Part shown: piece after piece, positions 50,288 through 60,553 of the stretch
Layout: every line of letters starts with the position of its first letter
Numbering within the stretch: the stretch's first letter is position 1
Source of the DNA: Microcoleus sp.
GTDB taxonomy: Bacteria > Cyanobacteriota > Cyanobacteriia > Cyanobacteriales > Microcoleaceae
DNA length: 64,000 nt
Reading direction: 5' to 3'
NCBI GenBank assembly: GCA_042408215.1
Contig: JAYFMW010000020.1
Span: 384,001 to 448,000 of the forward strand
Made by a program: the position numbers and the translations under genes
Notes under the pieces: generated by a model
Databases searched by the model: none
The model's input: the letters and a program-made list of their open reading frames with translations, nothing else
Told to the model about the DNA's origin: nothing

Positions 50288-53071
50288 ATGAAGAGAATCA
50301 TAAAAAACATCAGCAAAGTGTTGCTGGGATTAAGAATCCGCCATTTTTTGATGCTCGATGCAATTTGCTTTGCGATCGCACCCTTATTGGCCCTGGCAAT
50401 TCGTTTAGATGATACATGGAATCTGGCTCCCTATCTCAACAGCTTAGCGGTAGTTACAGTATTATTTGTATCAGTCAAACTTGCAGTATTATATGCCGGT
50501 GGCTTCTACAATCGTTACTGGCAGTATGCGGGTCGGGAAGAAATGACACAAATAGCGATGCTGATAGGTATATCCCTAGCAGTGGAAATTATCTTGTTTC
50601 AACAACTCTACCAGCTAAATAATTCGCCGATCGCCAATCTGCCACGATCGCTGCCACTACTAGACGCTACGATCAGTTTTTTGTTAGTGGTGCCCATTCG
50701 TTTCAGCATTCCAGCCCTGGAAATATGGAACCAAAAACCGTGGAAAGTTCATCGGCGCAATCGCCTCCTGATAGTGGGTGCGGGCAGTGCAGGCACATCT
50801 CTGATGCAAACGATGCTCTTGAGCCCGGAGGTAGGACTCGAGCCAATCGCTTTCATTGACGATGACCCCAGAAAAATCAGCAAGCGGATTCGCAAACTGA
50901 CTGTAGTCGGCAATCGTCATAATATTCCCCAAGTAGTTCGATCGCTAAAGATCGGCAAAGTCATAATAGCCATCCCCTCAGCGCCGGGAAAAGAGATTAG
51001 GGAAATCATAGAAATTTGCCAGTCAATAGGAGTTCCAACCAGCACCCTCCCCGGCCTCAATGAAATCATCAACGGTCGCGTCAGTTTAGGTGGCCTCAGA
51101 GAAGTACAGATTGAGGACTTGCTCCGCCGCGCCCCCATCCAAACCGATACCCAGAAAGTATTGGGATTGATTGGAGGCAAGAAAGTTCTAATTACCGGTG
51201 CGGGCGGCTCCATCGGCAGCGAACTTTGTCGGCAAATATTAAAGTGCGATCCAGCCGAAATCATCATCGTCGGACACGGAGAAAATTCTGTATTCAACAT
51301 TGAACAAGAACTAACAAAAGTCCTGTCAAAACTCAAAAATCTCAGCAAAACCCAAACAGATATTACTCGCCTGACAGCTTCGATCGCCGACATTCGTTTG
51401 CTGGAGCGATTAGAGTACGTTTTTGAAACAGTTAGACCAGACATGATTTTTCATGCGGCCGCTCACAAACACGTACCCATGATGGAATTAAACCCGCCGG
51501 AAGCCATTACTAACAATGTGCGAGGGACGAAAAATCTGCTGGATATGGCATTGAAATACAATGTGGAACATTTTGTGATGATTTCCACCGACAAAGCGGT
51601 GAATCCAACTAGCATTATGGGAGCTAGCAAAAGAGTTGCCGAAATGCTGGTGCTGCAAGCAGCAAAAACAAGCAAAAACCCCTTTGTAGTGGTTCGTTTC
51701 GGTAATGTTCTTGGCAGCCGCGGTAGTGTCGTACCCACTTTCAAGCGACAAATTGCTGAAGGCGGGCCGCTCACAATTACCCATCCAGATATCTGTCGCT
51801 ATTTCATGACAATTCCCGAAGCAGTTCAACTGGTTTTGCAGGCAGCAATCATCGGTGACGGCGGGGAAGTTTTCATGCTTGAGATGGGGAAACCAGTCAG
51901 AATTTTCGATTTAGCAAATGATTTGATTCGGCTCTCAGGATATGAAGTAGGCAAAGACATTGAAATCGCGTTCACAGGGCTGCGGCCTGGAGAAAAATTG
52001 TTTGAAGAACTGTTTATTCCGGGCGAGAAATACAACCGCACTAAACACGAAAAAATTCTGAGTTTAGGTAATGCCAGCCGCATAGTGAAAGAAAATATCG
52101 ATCGGGAAGTAGAAGCTCTTTGTCAAGCGGGCGATCGCAATGATACCAATTTAATTGTCTCAATACTACAGCAGTTAGTGCCTGAGTATGTACCAGTGTA
52201 TTCAACAGCCAATTTGCACGCCAATACAGCCCAAGAAACAACCGCTGTGGCGAAGATTAGCAGTGCAGCATCTGTGCAGTTAGAGAAGGATTTGCGGGGG
52301 GCTCTGGCCAATGAGGAGTTTCGGATTCACTATCAGCCGATCGTCTGTCTGGAAACTAATAAGATTACTGGTTTTGAAGCGCTGTTGCGCTGGCAGCACC
52401 CGACTCGAGGTTTGCTGTGGCCCGACGAATTTCTCGCCGATGCAGAAGAAACGAGTTTGATTGTTCCTATTGGCGAGTGGGTGCTACGACAAGCTTGCAG
52501 CCAGATGAAGATTTGGCAGTCGCAATTTCGTCTTAACTCTCCTTTAACAGTCAGCGTGAATCTGACTAGCAAACAGTTTTTCCAAGCTGACTTAATCGAG
52601 ACGATCGACCAAATATTGAAGGAAACAAATCTCGCTGCTTCTAGTTTGAGGTTAGAAATTCCTGAAGATGTTGTGACGCATGATTGCGAGTTGGCTAGTT
52701 CTGTATTTGTCAAACTTAAAACTTTAGGAGTGCAGGTACAAATTGACCACTGCGGTCTCAGCGATCTATCATTAACTCAGCTCTACCAATTGACGCGGCT
52801 GAAGTATGGTAAATTCGACAGTTTGAAGCTAGATTGCTCTCTAGTGAGCGGCCTGGATACTAGCAACCCCAACTTAGAAATTCTTCAGAAAATTATTGGC
52901 ATAACTCAGGAGTTAGGTATGGGAATGATTGCCACAGGAGTAGAAACGAGTTGGCAAATAGCTCAGCTAAAAACTCTGAAATGCGTCTACGGACAGGGAT
53001 ACTTTTTCTCGGAGCCTGTAGAATGCGCGGCGGTAGGGAAATTGATTGGGGGGATGGCTGTTAATAGTTAA
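50288..53071 (+). CDS. CapD/PglF-type NDP-sugar 4,6-dehydratase fused to C-terminal EAL domain
   Basis: 4 TMs, GAGSAG, TGAGGSIGSEL, STDKAV, MGASK, RFGNVLGSRGS; then YQPIV..FEALLRW..SVNL..QGYFFSEP. Confidence 0.9.
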   Translation: MKRIIKNISKVLLGLRIRHFLMLDAICFAIAPLLALAIRLDDTWNLAPYLNSLAVVTVLFVSVKLAVLYAGGFYNRYWQYAGREEMTQIAMLIGISLAVEIILFQQLYQLNNSPIANLPRSLPLLDATISFLLVVPIRFSIPALEIWNQKPWKVHRRNRLLIVGAGSAGTSLMQTMLLSPEVGLEPIAFIDDDPRKISKRIRKLTVVGNRHNIPQVVRSLKIGKVIIAIPSAPGKEIREIIEICQSIGVPTSTLPGLNEIINGRVSLGGLREVQIEDLLRRAPIQTDTQKVLGLIGGKKVLITGAGGSIGSELCRQILKCDPAEIIIVGHGENSVFNIEQELTKVLSKLKNLSKTQTDITRLTASIADIRLLERLEYVFETVRPDMIFHAAAHKHVPMMELNPPEAITNNVRGTKNLLDMALKYNVEHFVMISTDKAVNPTSIMGASKRVAEMLVLQAAKTSKNPFVVVRFGNVLGSRGSVVPTFKRQIAEGGPLTITHPDICRYFMTIPEAVQLVLQAAIIGDGGEVFMLEMGKPVRIFDLANDLIRLSGYEVGKDIEIAFTGLRPGEKLFEELFIPGEKYNRTKHEKILSLGNASRIVKENIDREVEALCQAGDRNDTNLIVSILQQLVPEYVPVYSTANLHANTAQETTAVAKISSAASVQLEKDLRGALANEEFRIHYQPIVCLETNKITGFEALLRWQHPTRGLLWPDEFLADAEETSLIVPIGEWVLRQACSQMKIWQSQFRLNSPLTVSVNLTSKQFFQADLIETIDQILKETNLAASSLRLEIPEDVVTHDCELASSVFVKLKTLGVQVQIDHCGLSDLSLTQLYQLTRLKYGKFDSLKLDCSLVSGLDTSNPNLEILQKIIGITQELGMGMIATGVETSWQIAQLKTLKCVYGQGYFFSEPVECAAVGKLIGGMAVNS

Positions 53072-53151
53072 TGGGGCATTTGTTAATAATTTTGAGATTT
53101 GAAATACAGGATTTTGAATTAACCAATTAGCAAGCAGGAAATTAGCTACTA

Positions 53152-54459
53152 ATGCAACAGTTGAAACCACTAACATTACGCCGTAATTTTTCTTGGACTT
53201 TCACTGGGAACCTAGTTTATGCAGCATCCCAGTGGGGGATGTTGGTGCTGCTGGCTAAATTGGGTTCTCCTGAAATGGTGGGTCAATTTACCTTGGGTTT
53301 AGCGGTGACAGCACCTGTGATCATGTTTACTAATCTGCAACTGCGAGGGATCCAAGCGACGGATGCGAAAGGGGACTATGTTTTCAGTGATTATCTGGGT
53401 CTGAGGTTAATTGGAACTGGGTTAGCACTGTTGATCATTGCGGGAATTACGCTCAAAGCAGGATATCGGTGGGAGACATCGCTGGTGATTTTGGTTATTG
53501 GCTTTTCCAAAGGAATTGAGTCAATCAGCGACGTATTTTACGGATTAATTCAGCAGCACGAACGGATGGATCGCATCGCCATTTCGATGATGATTAAAGG
53601 CCCCCTATCACTTTTACTATTAGGTATTGGAGTCTACCTCACCAGGACTGTGTTGTGGGGAAGCATCGGATTAGCGGTTGCTTGGGCGATCGTCTTACTT
53701 AGTTACGACATTCGCAGTGGTGCTTTGATGCTAAGGACTAGCCCTTGGGGAACAGGTGAGCCGAAAAGCAGTAGCACTTCCCAAAATCCGTTACACCCCC
53801 ACTGGCACCTCAAAACCTTGGGCCAACTCACTTGGCTGACTCTGCCTTTGGGTTTGGTGATGATGTTGATTTCCTTGAACAGCAATATCCCACGATATTT
53901 TATCGAATCCTATTTGGGGGAACGAGAACTGGGCATTTTTGCCGCACTGGCCTACCTAATGGTAGCCGGGAACATAGTGATCGGTGCCTTAGGGCTGTCA
54001 GCCAGTCCCCGATTAGCGAAATATTATGCCGCGGGAAATAGCACTGCTTTCCGCACGCTGGCGATCAAGTTAGTGGGGATGGGTGCAGCAATCGGTGTAC
54101 TGGCTGTTTTGGTCGCACTGGTTGCAGGTCGGGAACTATTGACTATTGTCTATCGGCCTGAGTATGCCCAGCATAAAGATTTGTTTGTTCTGGTGATGGT
54201 GGCGGCTGCGATCGGTTATGTAGCTTCTTTTTTAGGTTATGGAATCACGGCTGCTAGGTATTTCCTGATTCAAATTCCTTTGTTTACTGCGGTTACGGGT
54301 ACGTCTGCGATCGCAAGTCTCTGGTTAATTCCCTCTCTGGGATTGCAAGGGGCGGCACTAGCACTGATTCTGGCAGCTATTGTCCAAACAGTTTTTAGTT
54401 TGGGGGTGATCTTTCATGCACTGCATAAAATTCCCAAATCTGGGGAAATGGAAATTTAA
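53152..54459 (+). CDS. wzx: Oligosaccharide flippase
   Basis: About 12 TM segments, LRRNFSW..GN, LGPxxG-like N-terminus; cluster context. Confidence 0.85.
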   Translation: MQQLKPLTLRRNFSWTFTGNLVYAASQWGMLVLLAKLGSPEMVGQFTLGLAVTAPVIMFTNLQLRGIQATDAKGDYVFSDYLGLRLIGTGLALLIIAGITLKAGYRWETSLVILVIGFSKGIESISDVFYGLIQQHERMDRIAISMMIKGPLSLLLLGIGVYLTRTVLWGSIGLAVAWAIVLLSYDIRSGALMLRTSPWGTGEPKSSSTSQNPLHPHWHLKTLGQLTWLTLPLGLVMMLISLNSNIPRYFIESYLGERELGIFAALAYLMVAGNIVIGALGLSASPRLAKYYAAGNSTAFRTLAIKLVGMGAAIGVLAVLVALVAGRELLTIVYRPEYAQHKDLFVLVMVAAAIGYVASFLGYGITAARYFLIQIPLFTAVTGTSAIASLWLIPSLGLQGAALALILAAIVQTVFSLGVIFHALHKIPKSGEMEI

Positions 54460-56353
54460 TTGGTTGCATTTGGCACTGGTTTGTTTAGCAACGATCCTGA
54501 CTGTAACTCTTAACACGGTATCTATGAACAGCACAATATCGTCGGGTGAAAACTTAGTTGAACTTGAACCAAAGTCAGCTTCATCGACAGAAAGCCGTAC
54601 TTATTCAGTCACCGTCAACGGTCAACCTGTATCGGTGCAAAAATATAACTCGTTGAGTTATGTCCAATTCGCTTTTGCTGGGAAAGCTGATATTGAAATT
54701 ACGGCTGATGAAGCGAGCGAAAAATATACCCTTAGTCCTAAAAGCTACGACATCCCAACGAGCCGGAACGATCGCAAAATTTCTTTTTCGCTAACCGTCC
54801 CCAGAAAGCTGATTCTTCATCAAGTCAATTCCTTGGATGAAAAATTATTTATTATTGCCGAACCGCTAGAAGAAAACATTCCCACGCTGGGAGCGGCCAA
54901 TGTGACAAACATCTTAAATTACGGAGTAGATTATACAGGAAAACAAGAGGCAACGGCACTAATTCAACAAGCCATTGATGAAGTTTCAGCCCAAAAAGGT
55001 GTTCTTTATTTCCCTGCTGGGGTATACACAACCAGACAACTCAACCTGAAAAGCAATCTCACTTTGTATTTGGCTCCAGGAGCCGTCCTTGAAGCCACGA
55101 AAGAAATTTATCCTTCCTATGGGCGCGGTTTAATCCAGATTGAAAACGCCGAGAATGTCAAAATTATGGGGCGCGGAGTCATCAATGGCAATGGGACTTA
55201 TTGGCGACCGAGAGGGGGATGGTACAGTTTAATCTTGTTGAAGAATGCGAAGAATGTTCTCTTACAAGACACTCTTCTCAAAGATCCAGCAGTTGCCAAT
55301 GTTTGGATGTCTTATTCAGAAAATGTCAATGTTTACAATCTCAAGATTTTAGCCGATCCGCAGCCGGAATTTCTCAATACAGATGGCTTTGATTTCTGGT
55401 CTTCCAGAAACATCACGATCGATAACGTTCTCTACAAAGGAACTGATGATGCTACTTCCCACGGTGGCGATAAGAAAGGAGCGATTCAAAACAATGAAAA
55501 TATCAATGTTATAAATTCCGTATTTTACGGTGGCAATGGGTTCAAGTTAGCTTCAACGGAAAAACCAAATTTTATCCGCAATGTAACCTATGAAAATATC
55601 GATGTTGTGTTTGCCAATGAATTATCAGGATTCTGGCCGATTGCGGGAGGATATTTTGAATATATTTACTTGAAAAATATTCGGATAGAAGATATTCTTG
55701 ATAGCCCCCAAGAGGATAAATCAGCCCGTCTATTTAGCTGGCAAATTCGGACAGGTTCGTGGCGACCTGATTCGCAACCAGATAAATTTGGCTACATCAG
55801 AAACGTCTATGTTCAAAACATGAAAGTAGACGATAATGGTGGCAGTAATTCAGTTTTTCAAGGCTACGATGCGGAACGCAACATCAACAATATCAATTTT
55901 GAAAACCTTTCGATTGAAGGAAAGCCAATCACAAATTCCCAGGATGCATCCTTCGATGTTTTACCCAGTGAGAAGGATGGAAATAAATATGTCAACTTAA
56001 ATTTCACTCAAAGCGATCCCACAATTGTCAACATAGCCGCAACAAATATGTATGCCTCTGAATCTGGGGATGTTGGAGAGTTTCTCATCACTCGCACGGG
56101 CAATTTAAGTCAAGCATTAACGGTGAATTACACCATCCGAGGAACAGCCGAAAATGGGGTAGATTACCAAACTATTCCTAACTCCGTGACGATTCCTGTT
56201 GGCGCAAGTACGGGTGCGATCGCAATTCAACCCAAACTCGACAGTCAACCAGAGGGACTCGAAACCGTTTTTCTCTCCTTGCAAAACCTGCCAAACAGCA
56301 CTGCATATATGCTTGGTCCGAATTTCCAAGCTGTGGTGAATATTCGTGATTGA
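54416..56353 (+). CDS. Exported pectin-lyase-fold (GH28-like) protein with C-terminal Calx-beta-like domain; start uncertain
   Basis: IQQAID, LYFPAGVY, NTDGFD, TDDA; ITRTG..LTVNYTIRGTAENGVDY. Confidence 0.8.
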   Translation: MHCIKFPNLGKWKFNWLHLALVCLATILTVTLNTVSMNSTISSGENLVELEPKSASSTESRTYSVTVNGQPVSVQKYNSLSYVQFAFAGKADIEITADEASEKYTLSPKSYDIPTSRNDRKISFSLTVPRKLILHQVNSLDEKLFIIAEPLEENIPTLGAANVTNILNYGVDYTGKQEATALIQQAIDEVSAQKGVLYFPAGVYTTRQLNLKSNLTLYLAPGAVLEATKEIYPSYGRGLIQIENAENVKIMGRGVINGNGTYWRPRGGWYSLILLKNAKNVLLQDTLLKDPAVANVWMSYSENVNVYNLKILADPQPEFLNTDGFDFWSSRNITIDNVLYKGTDDATSHGGDKKGAIQNNENINVINSVFYGGNGFKLASTEKPNFIRNVTYENIDVVFANELSGFWPIAGGYFEYIYLKNIRIEDILDSPQEDKSARLFSWQIRTGSWRPDSQPDKFGYIRNVYVQNMKVDDNGGSNSVFQGYDAERNINNINFENLSIEGKPITNSQDASFDVLPSEKDGNKYVNLNFTQSDPTIVNIAATNMYASESGDVGEFLITRTGNLSQALTVNYTIRGTAENGVDYQTIPNSVTIPVGASTGAIAIQPKLDSQPEGLETVFLSLQNLPNSTAYMLGPNFQAVVNIRD

Positions 56354-56377
56354 TGAAGTTAGAGGAACTGAAAAAAG

Positions 56378-57634
56378 ATGTATTTCACAGACTCGACAGC
56401 TAGATCAAAACCGCATCTGCAAAGCACATTAGGCGATCGTCCCATTCGCATTCTGCACGTTGTCGGCAGCATGGTGCGGGGTGGAATTGAAACTTGGTTG
56501 ATGCACGTTTTGCGACATATCGATCGCGATCGCTTCCTGATGGACTTCCTGGTTCTCACGACTAAACCGGGCGATTACGATGAAGAGATTCGCGCCCTGG
56601 GTAGTCAAATTATCCCCTGTCCGCTGCATCGCGGGAATCCTTGGAGTTATGCTGTCAACTTCAAGGGAATCTTGCGCGAGTATGGCCCCTATGACATCGT
56701 TCACAGCCACCCCCATCACTTCAGCGGCTATGTTCTGCGCTTGGCAAAGCAGGCTGGTGTACCCGTCCGCATTGCCCACAGCCATAATGATAGCTCTCTC
56801 CTCCAGGCTAAAGCGGAATTGTATCGGCGCTTGTATTTCACTGTGACGAAACATTGGATCGATCGTTATGCCACCCTTGGTTTGGGATGCAGTCACCCAG
56901 CAGTTGCAGCTTTGTTCGGTGCCAACTGGGAACGCGATCCTCGTTGGCAGGTATTTTACTACGGTATTGACCTGACAGCTTTTCGAGATGCGATCGAAAA
57001 AGTTGCAGTTCGCGCCGAGTTGGGTATTCCAGAGGATGCTTTCGTGATTGGTCATGTCGGCAGATTTGCTCAACAAAAAAATCACCTGTTTCTCTTAAAG
57101 ATTGTCGCAGAAGTAGCCAAACGAGAACCAAAAACATACCTCTTACTCATAGGAGATGGTGTACTTCGTCCCCAAATAGAGCAAGAAGTTGCACAGTTGA
57201 GTTTAGCTGACCGAACGATCTTTGCGGGTGTCAGGTCTGATGTAGCCCGACTGATGCAAGGTGCAATGGATGTCTTCCTCTTTCCCTCCTTCTACGAAGG
57301 GCTGCCCCTAGTCTCGCTGGAAGCACAAGCGGCAGGGCTACCCTGTCTATTTTCAGATGCGATTACGGAAGAAGTAGATGCGGTCAAACCCTTGATGCAG
57401 CGGCTATCCCTTTCTCAACCAACCTCTGTCTGGGCGGATGCAGTGTTAGCTAGGTTTCGTGATGCGTCAGTCATTAAGCAATCTGAAGCTATGAGCGTTA
57501 TTGAGCAGAGTCCCTTCAACATCGAAAAAGGAATTGAAACTCTGGCGAAACTCTATAGCTTCAACGTCAGCAAGTCTTACCAGGTGTGCTACCCAAATTC
57601 ACAGATAAATCGACCTGGAGAAGTAAATGAGTAA
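56378..57634 (+). CDS. GT4 family glycosyltransferase
   Basis: GGIETWLM, GHVGRF.QQKN, EGLPLVSLEAQAAG. Confidence 0.9.
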   Translation: MYFTDSTARSKPHLQSTLGDRPIRILHVVGSMVRGGIETWLMHVLRHIDRDRFLMDFLVLTTKPGDYDEEIRALGSQIIPCPLHRGNPWSYAVNFKGILREYGPYDIVHSHPHHFSGYVLRLAKQAGVPVRIAHSHNDSSLLQAKAELYRRLYFTVTKHWIDRYATLGLGCSHPAVAALFGANWERDPRWQVFYYGIDLTAFRDAIEKVAVRAELGIPEDAFVIGHVGRFAQQKNHLFLLKIVAEVAKREPKTYLLLIGDGVLRPQIEQEVAQLSLADRTIFAGVRSDVARLMQGAMDVFLFPSFYEGLPLVSLEAQAAGLPCLFSDAITEEVDAVKPLMQRLSLSQPTSVWADAVLARFRDASVIKQSEAMSVIEQSPFNIEKGIETLAKLYSFNVSKSYQVCYPNSQINRPGEVNE

Positions 57635-59009
57635 CTGGAAAGTCACCAAAATTGAACTCAACACCAGAATTAAAAGTGTAGCAGGATTGCCAAATCGTTC
57701 CCTGGTACGAAATGCGTGGCAGATGTCTACTGATGAATTCTGGAATTACCAAGCAACTGCTTTTAAATCCCTCTACGAATTGGCCAAAAACCGAGTCCCG
57801 TTTTATCAAAAGAATCTAAATGATTATCCTTTGCTTTCTTCTGGAGAGGACAATGTTTTAGAAATTCTTTCTCAGTTTCCGGTTCTCTTGAAACAAACGC
57901 TCCGAGCCAAAAATTCTGATTTTTGGCCTTCTCCACTGTTACCATTAACAATGTTTCACGCGACTAGCGGAACGAGTGGTACTCCGCTTCGCTTGTCTGA
58001 AACTCTTTGGGAAAAAGGATTTTTTCAAGCCATTAATGAAGAATTGTTTATTCGCATTTGCGGAACTCGCTATCCGCGATCGCTTTATCTGACTGGATTT
58101 ATGACTCCTTCACATAATAGTGAAGAGTTATTCTGGCGCGATCGCTTATTTGGCAATGTGGCTTTGTCTATTTACTCATTAAACTCCCGCAATCGCGACG
58201 GAATCATTCAGTTAATTAACAACCTGAAACCACAACTAATCTGGGGCTATGCTTCAGCAGTTCACCAGTTAGCCATTCTTTTAGGCGATCGCACCTTGCT
58301 ATCAAAAGATCAATGCGTGGCTGTTGTCACTTCCGAAACCCTGCAACCTGATTGGCGTGCTGATATCGAAAATGTAATTTGCCGGAAACTGTTTAACTAT
58401 TACTCTTCACAAGAAGGCTGTCACTTAGCTGTGGAGTGTCCAGAAGGACAAATGCACATCAACCCGCTAATGGGCGTTGTCGAGATCCTAGACGAATACG
58501 ATCGACCCGTGAAAAAAGGCGAGTTAGGAAGAGTTGTAGTCACTGGACTGCTGCGAAAAAGTATGCCTTTGATTCGTTACGAACTAGGAGATGCTGCCAG
58601 ATCAACAGGTTATGCCTCAGACTGTTCTTGTGGGCTGAAATGGCCGATTATTGCCCAAATCGAGGGAAGGTTAGAGAACCTTGTGAAAACGAGGGATGGG
58701 CGCAGGATTGGAATGCTGGGTTACAGTGTTCTTAAAGACCTTCCTGGTGTCAAAGAAAGTCAGATCGTCCAGGTAGGTTACGAAAAATTTATCTGTAACA
58801 TTGTCAAAATTGAAGCATATTCAGTTGAAACCGAGTATTTAGAAAAGTTAATTCGTGACCAGCTAATCAAGCGTTTGCAGACCAACGTGCAGATAGAATT
58901 TAGGTATCTTTCCTCCATTCCTCGCAGAGGTTCGAGAGCTAAGTTTAGTGCTGTCGTTGTCGATTTTGAAGATAAAGATATTCCAAATCATCGCGAGGCT
59001 ATTGTATGA
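57627..59009 (+). CDS. Phenylacetate-CoA ligase-like adenylate-forming enzyme (CapK-like)
   Basis: TSGTSGTP, YSSQE, MPLIRYELGD, EGR. Confidence 0.85.
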   Translation: MSNWKVTKIELNTRIKSVAGLPNRSLVRNAWQMSTDEFWNYQATAFKSLYELAKNRVPFYQKNLNDYPLLSSGEDNVLEILSQFPVLLKQTLRAKNSDFWPSPLLPLTMFHATSGTSGTPLRLSETLWEKGFFQAINEELFIRICGTRYPRSLYLTGFMTPSHNSEELFWRDRLFGNVALSIYSLNSRNRDGIIQLINNLKPQLIWGYASAVHQLAILLGDRTLLSKDQCVAVVTSETLQPDWRADIENVICRKLFNYYSSQEGCHLAVECPEGQMHINPLMGVVEILDEYDRPVKKGELGRVVVTGLLRKSMPLIRYELGDAARSTGYASDCSCGLKWPIIAQIEGRLENLVKTRDGRRIGMLGYSVLKDLPGVKESQIVQVGYEKFICNIVKIEAYSVETEYLEKLIRDQLIKRLQTNVQIEFRYLSSIPRRGSRAKFSAVVVDFEDKDIPNHREAIV

Positions 59010-60553
59010 CCCAGAATACTTTACGCATCAAAACTGCATACAAGGATAGCGCGATCGTTTCTTTTTTCCTCAGCCTCCTGATAGTTGTGGGTTTTATCCA
59101 AACCTCAGACCAGTTTTTCCACTGGTTTTTGTTCCCCGTCACCCTATGCGGAATTATCATGGGAATTGATGCGGTTGATTGGTTTCGCGGTCGCTTAGGC
59201 ATCTTCGATCCCGTTGGTATTATCGGCTTATTAGGTTTTCATTTCTTCTTTTTAGCACCTCTGTGCCACGTCAGTTGGGATTATTGGATGGGAGGAGATG
59301 CCATACCGCCTCCCGACTGGCGACCTTGGATTGGCTGGATGGCGATTCTGAATTTTTTCGGTCTTTGGATATATCGCTTTTCCAGAAATCTTGCCGCTCA
59401 TTCAACTGAAAATCCCGCCAAACAAACAGTTTGGCAACTCAACCGACGGCGTTTTATCCCGATTCTTTGCTTCGCCCTGATGTTTTCTGCTGTCTTACAG
59501 CTATTGGTTTACCAAAAGTTTGGCGGAATAAGTAACTACATTGAAGCGGCGACAAGAGAAGCTAACAGGGAAGGAGAAGGTGAATTTGCGGGATCGGGCA
59601 TAATCTTCTTGTTTTCAGAGAGCTTCCCGATTTTGGCAATGATGGGTTTCGCGGCCTATGCCCAAAAAAATCAAAAAATGCGAAGTTGGACTGTATTAGT
59701 GATAGTTTTGCTGGTCTTCCTAGTTCTGCAAATGCTTTTTGGCGGTCTGCGCGGTAGTCGGAGTAACACGATCTGGGCTTTGTTTTGGGCCGCGGGTATT
59801 ATTCATTTTTGGATTCGCAAAATTACTAAGAAAGAAATCGCGATCGGTTTAGTATTTATGGTTATTTTTATGTACATTTATGGTTTTTTTAAGACCGGAG
59901 GTTTAGAAGGTTTGAGTAAAGCTTTAGAAGGACAGGAAGAGCGTGCTAGTTTGGAAAAAAAGTCGGGTCGCTCTTGGCAAGGCTTAGTCCTCCAAGACTT
60001 GGGAAGAAGTGACATTCAGGCTTTCTTGCTCTACCGATTAATGCAACCTAATAGCGACTACAAATACGCCTTGGGCAGAACCTATTATGCAGCATTATCT
60101 ATGCTAATACCAAGTGCTTTTTGGCCTGTTAAACCACCGGACAAGATTAAGGCAGGGACAGAGGCACAATACGGCATGGGAAGTTATCATCCTCAGCTTT
60201 GGGCATCTTCAAAAGTTTATGGTTTAGCTGGTGAAACTATGCTCAACTTCGGGCCAACGGTAATTCCGTTTGCTTTTATTTTTATTGGCGTTGTTGTCGG
60301 GAATGTTCGACGTTTCCTCTTCACTTGGCAAGCTGATGATATCCGATTAATTTTGTTGCCGTTTTTGGTAAATTACTGTTTTGTAATTCTGGTAGGCGAC
60401 CTGGATAATCAGATATTTTTCCTGACAAAAAATGGAGGTTTTCCTTTTATAGTATTGGTGCTAAGTTCGGAAAAGTTCACTATCAGTTATTCCCAAAAAG
60501 ATAGATTATCATCTACTGATTCTGCAAAAACAATGAGGATTAAAGGAAAGTGA
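59006..60553 (+). CDS. Polytopic membrane protein, putative Wzy polymerase
   Basis: About 11-12 TMs, GSRS motif, large late periplasmic loop; cluster context. Confidence 0.65.
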   Translation: MTQNTLRIKTAYKDSAIVSFFLSLLIVVGFIQTSDQFFHWFLFPVTLCGIIMGIDAVDWFRGRLGIFDPVGIIGLLGFHFFFLAPLCHVSWDYWMGGDAIPPPDWRPWIGWMAILNFFGLWIYRFSRNLAAHSTENPAKQTVWQLNRRRFIPILCFALMFSAVLQLLVYQKFGGISNYIEAATREANREGEGEFAGSGIIFLFSESFPILAMMGFAAYAQKNQKMRSWTVLVIVLLVFLVLQMLFGGLRGSRSNTIWALFWAAGIIHFWIRKITKKEIAIGLVFMVIFMYIYGFFKTGGLEGLSKALEGQEERASLEKKSGRSWQGLVLQDLGRSDIQAFLLYRLMQPNSDYKYALGRTYYAALSMLIPSAFWPVKPPDKIKAGTEAQYGMGSYHPQLWASSKVYGLAGETMLNFGPTVIPFAFIFIGVVVGNVRRFLFTWQADDIRLILLPFLVNYCFVILVGDLDNQIFFLTKNGGFPFIVLVLSSEKFTISYSQKDRLSSTDSAKTMRIKGK

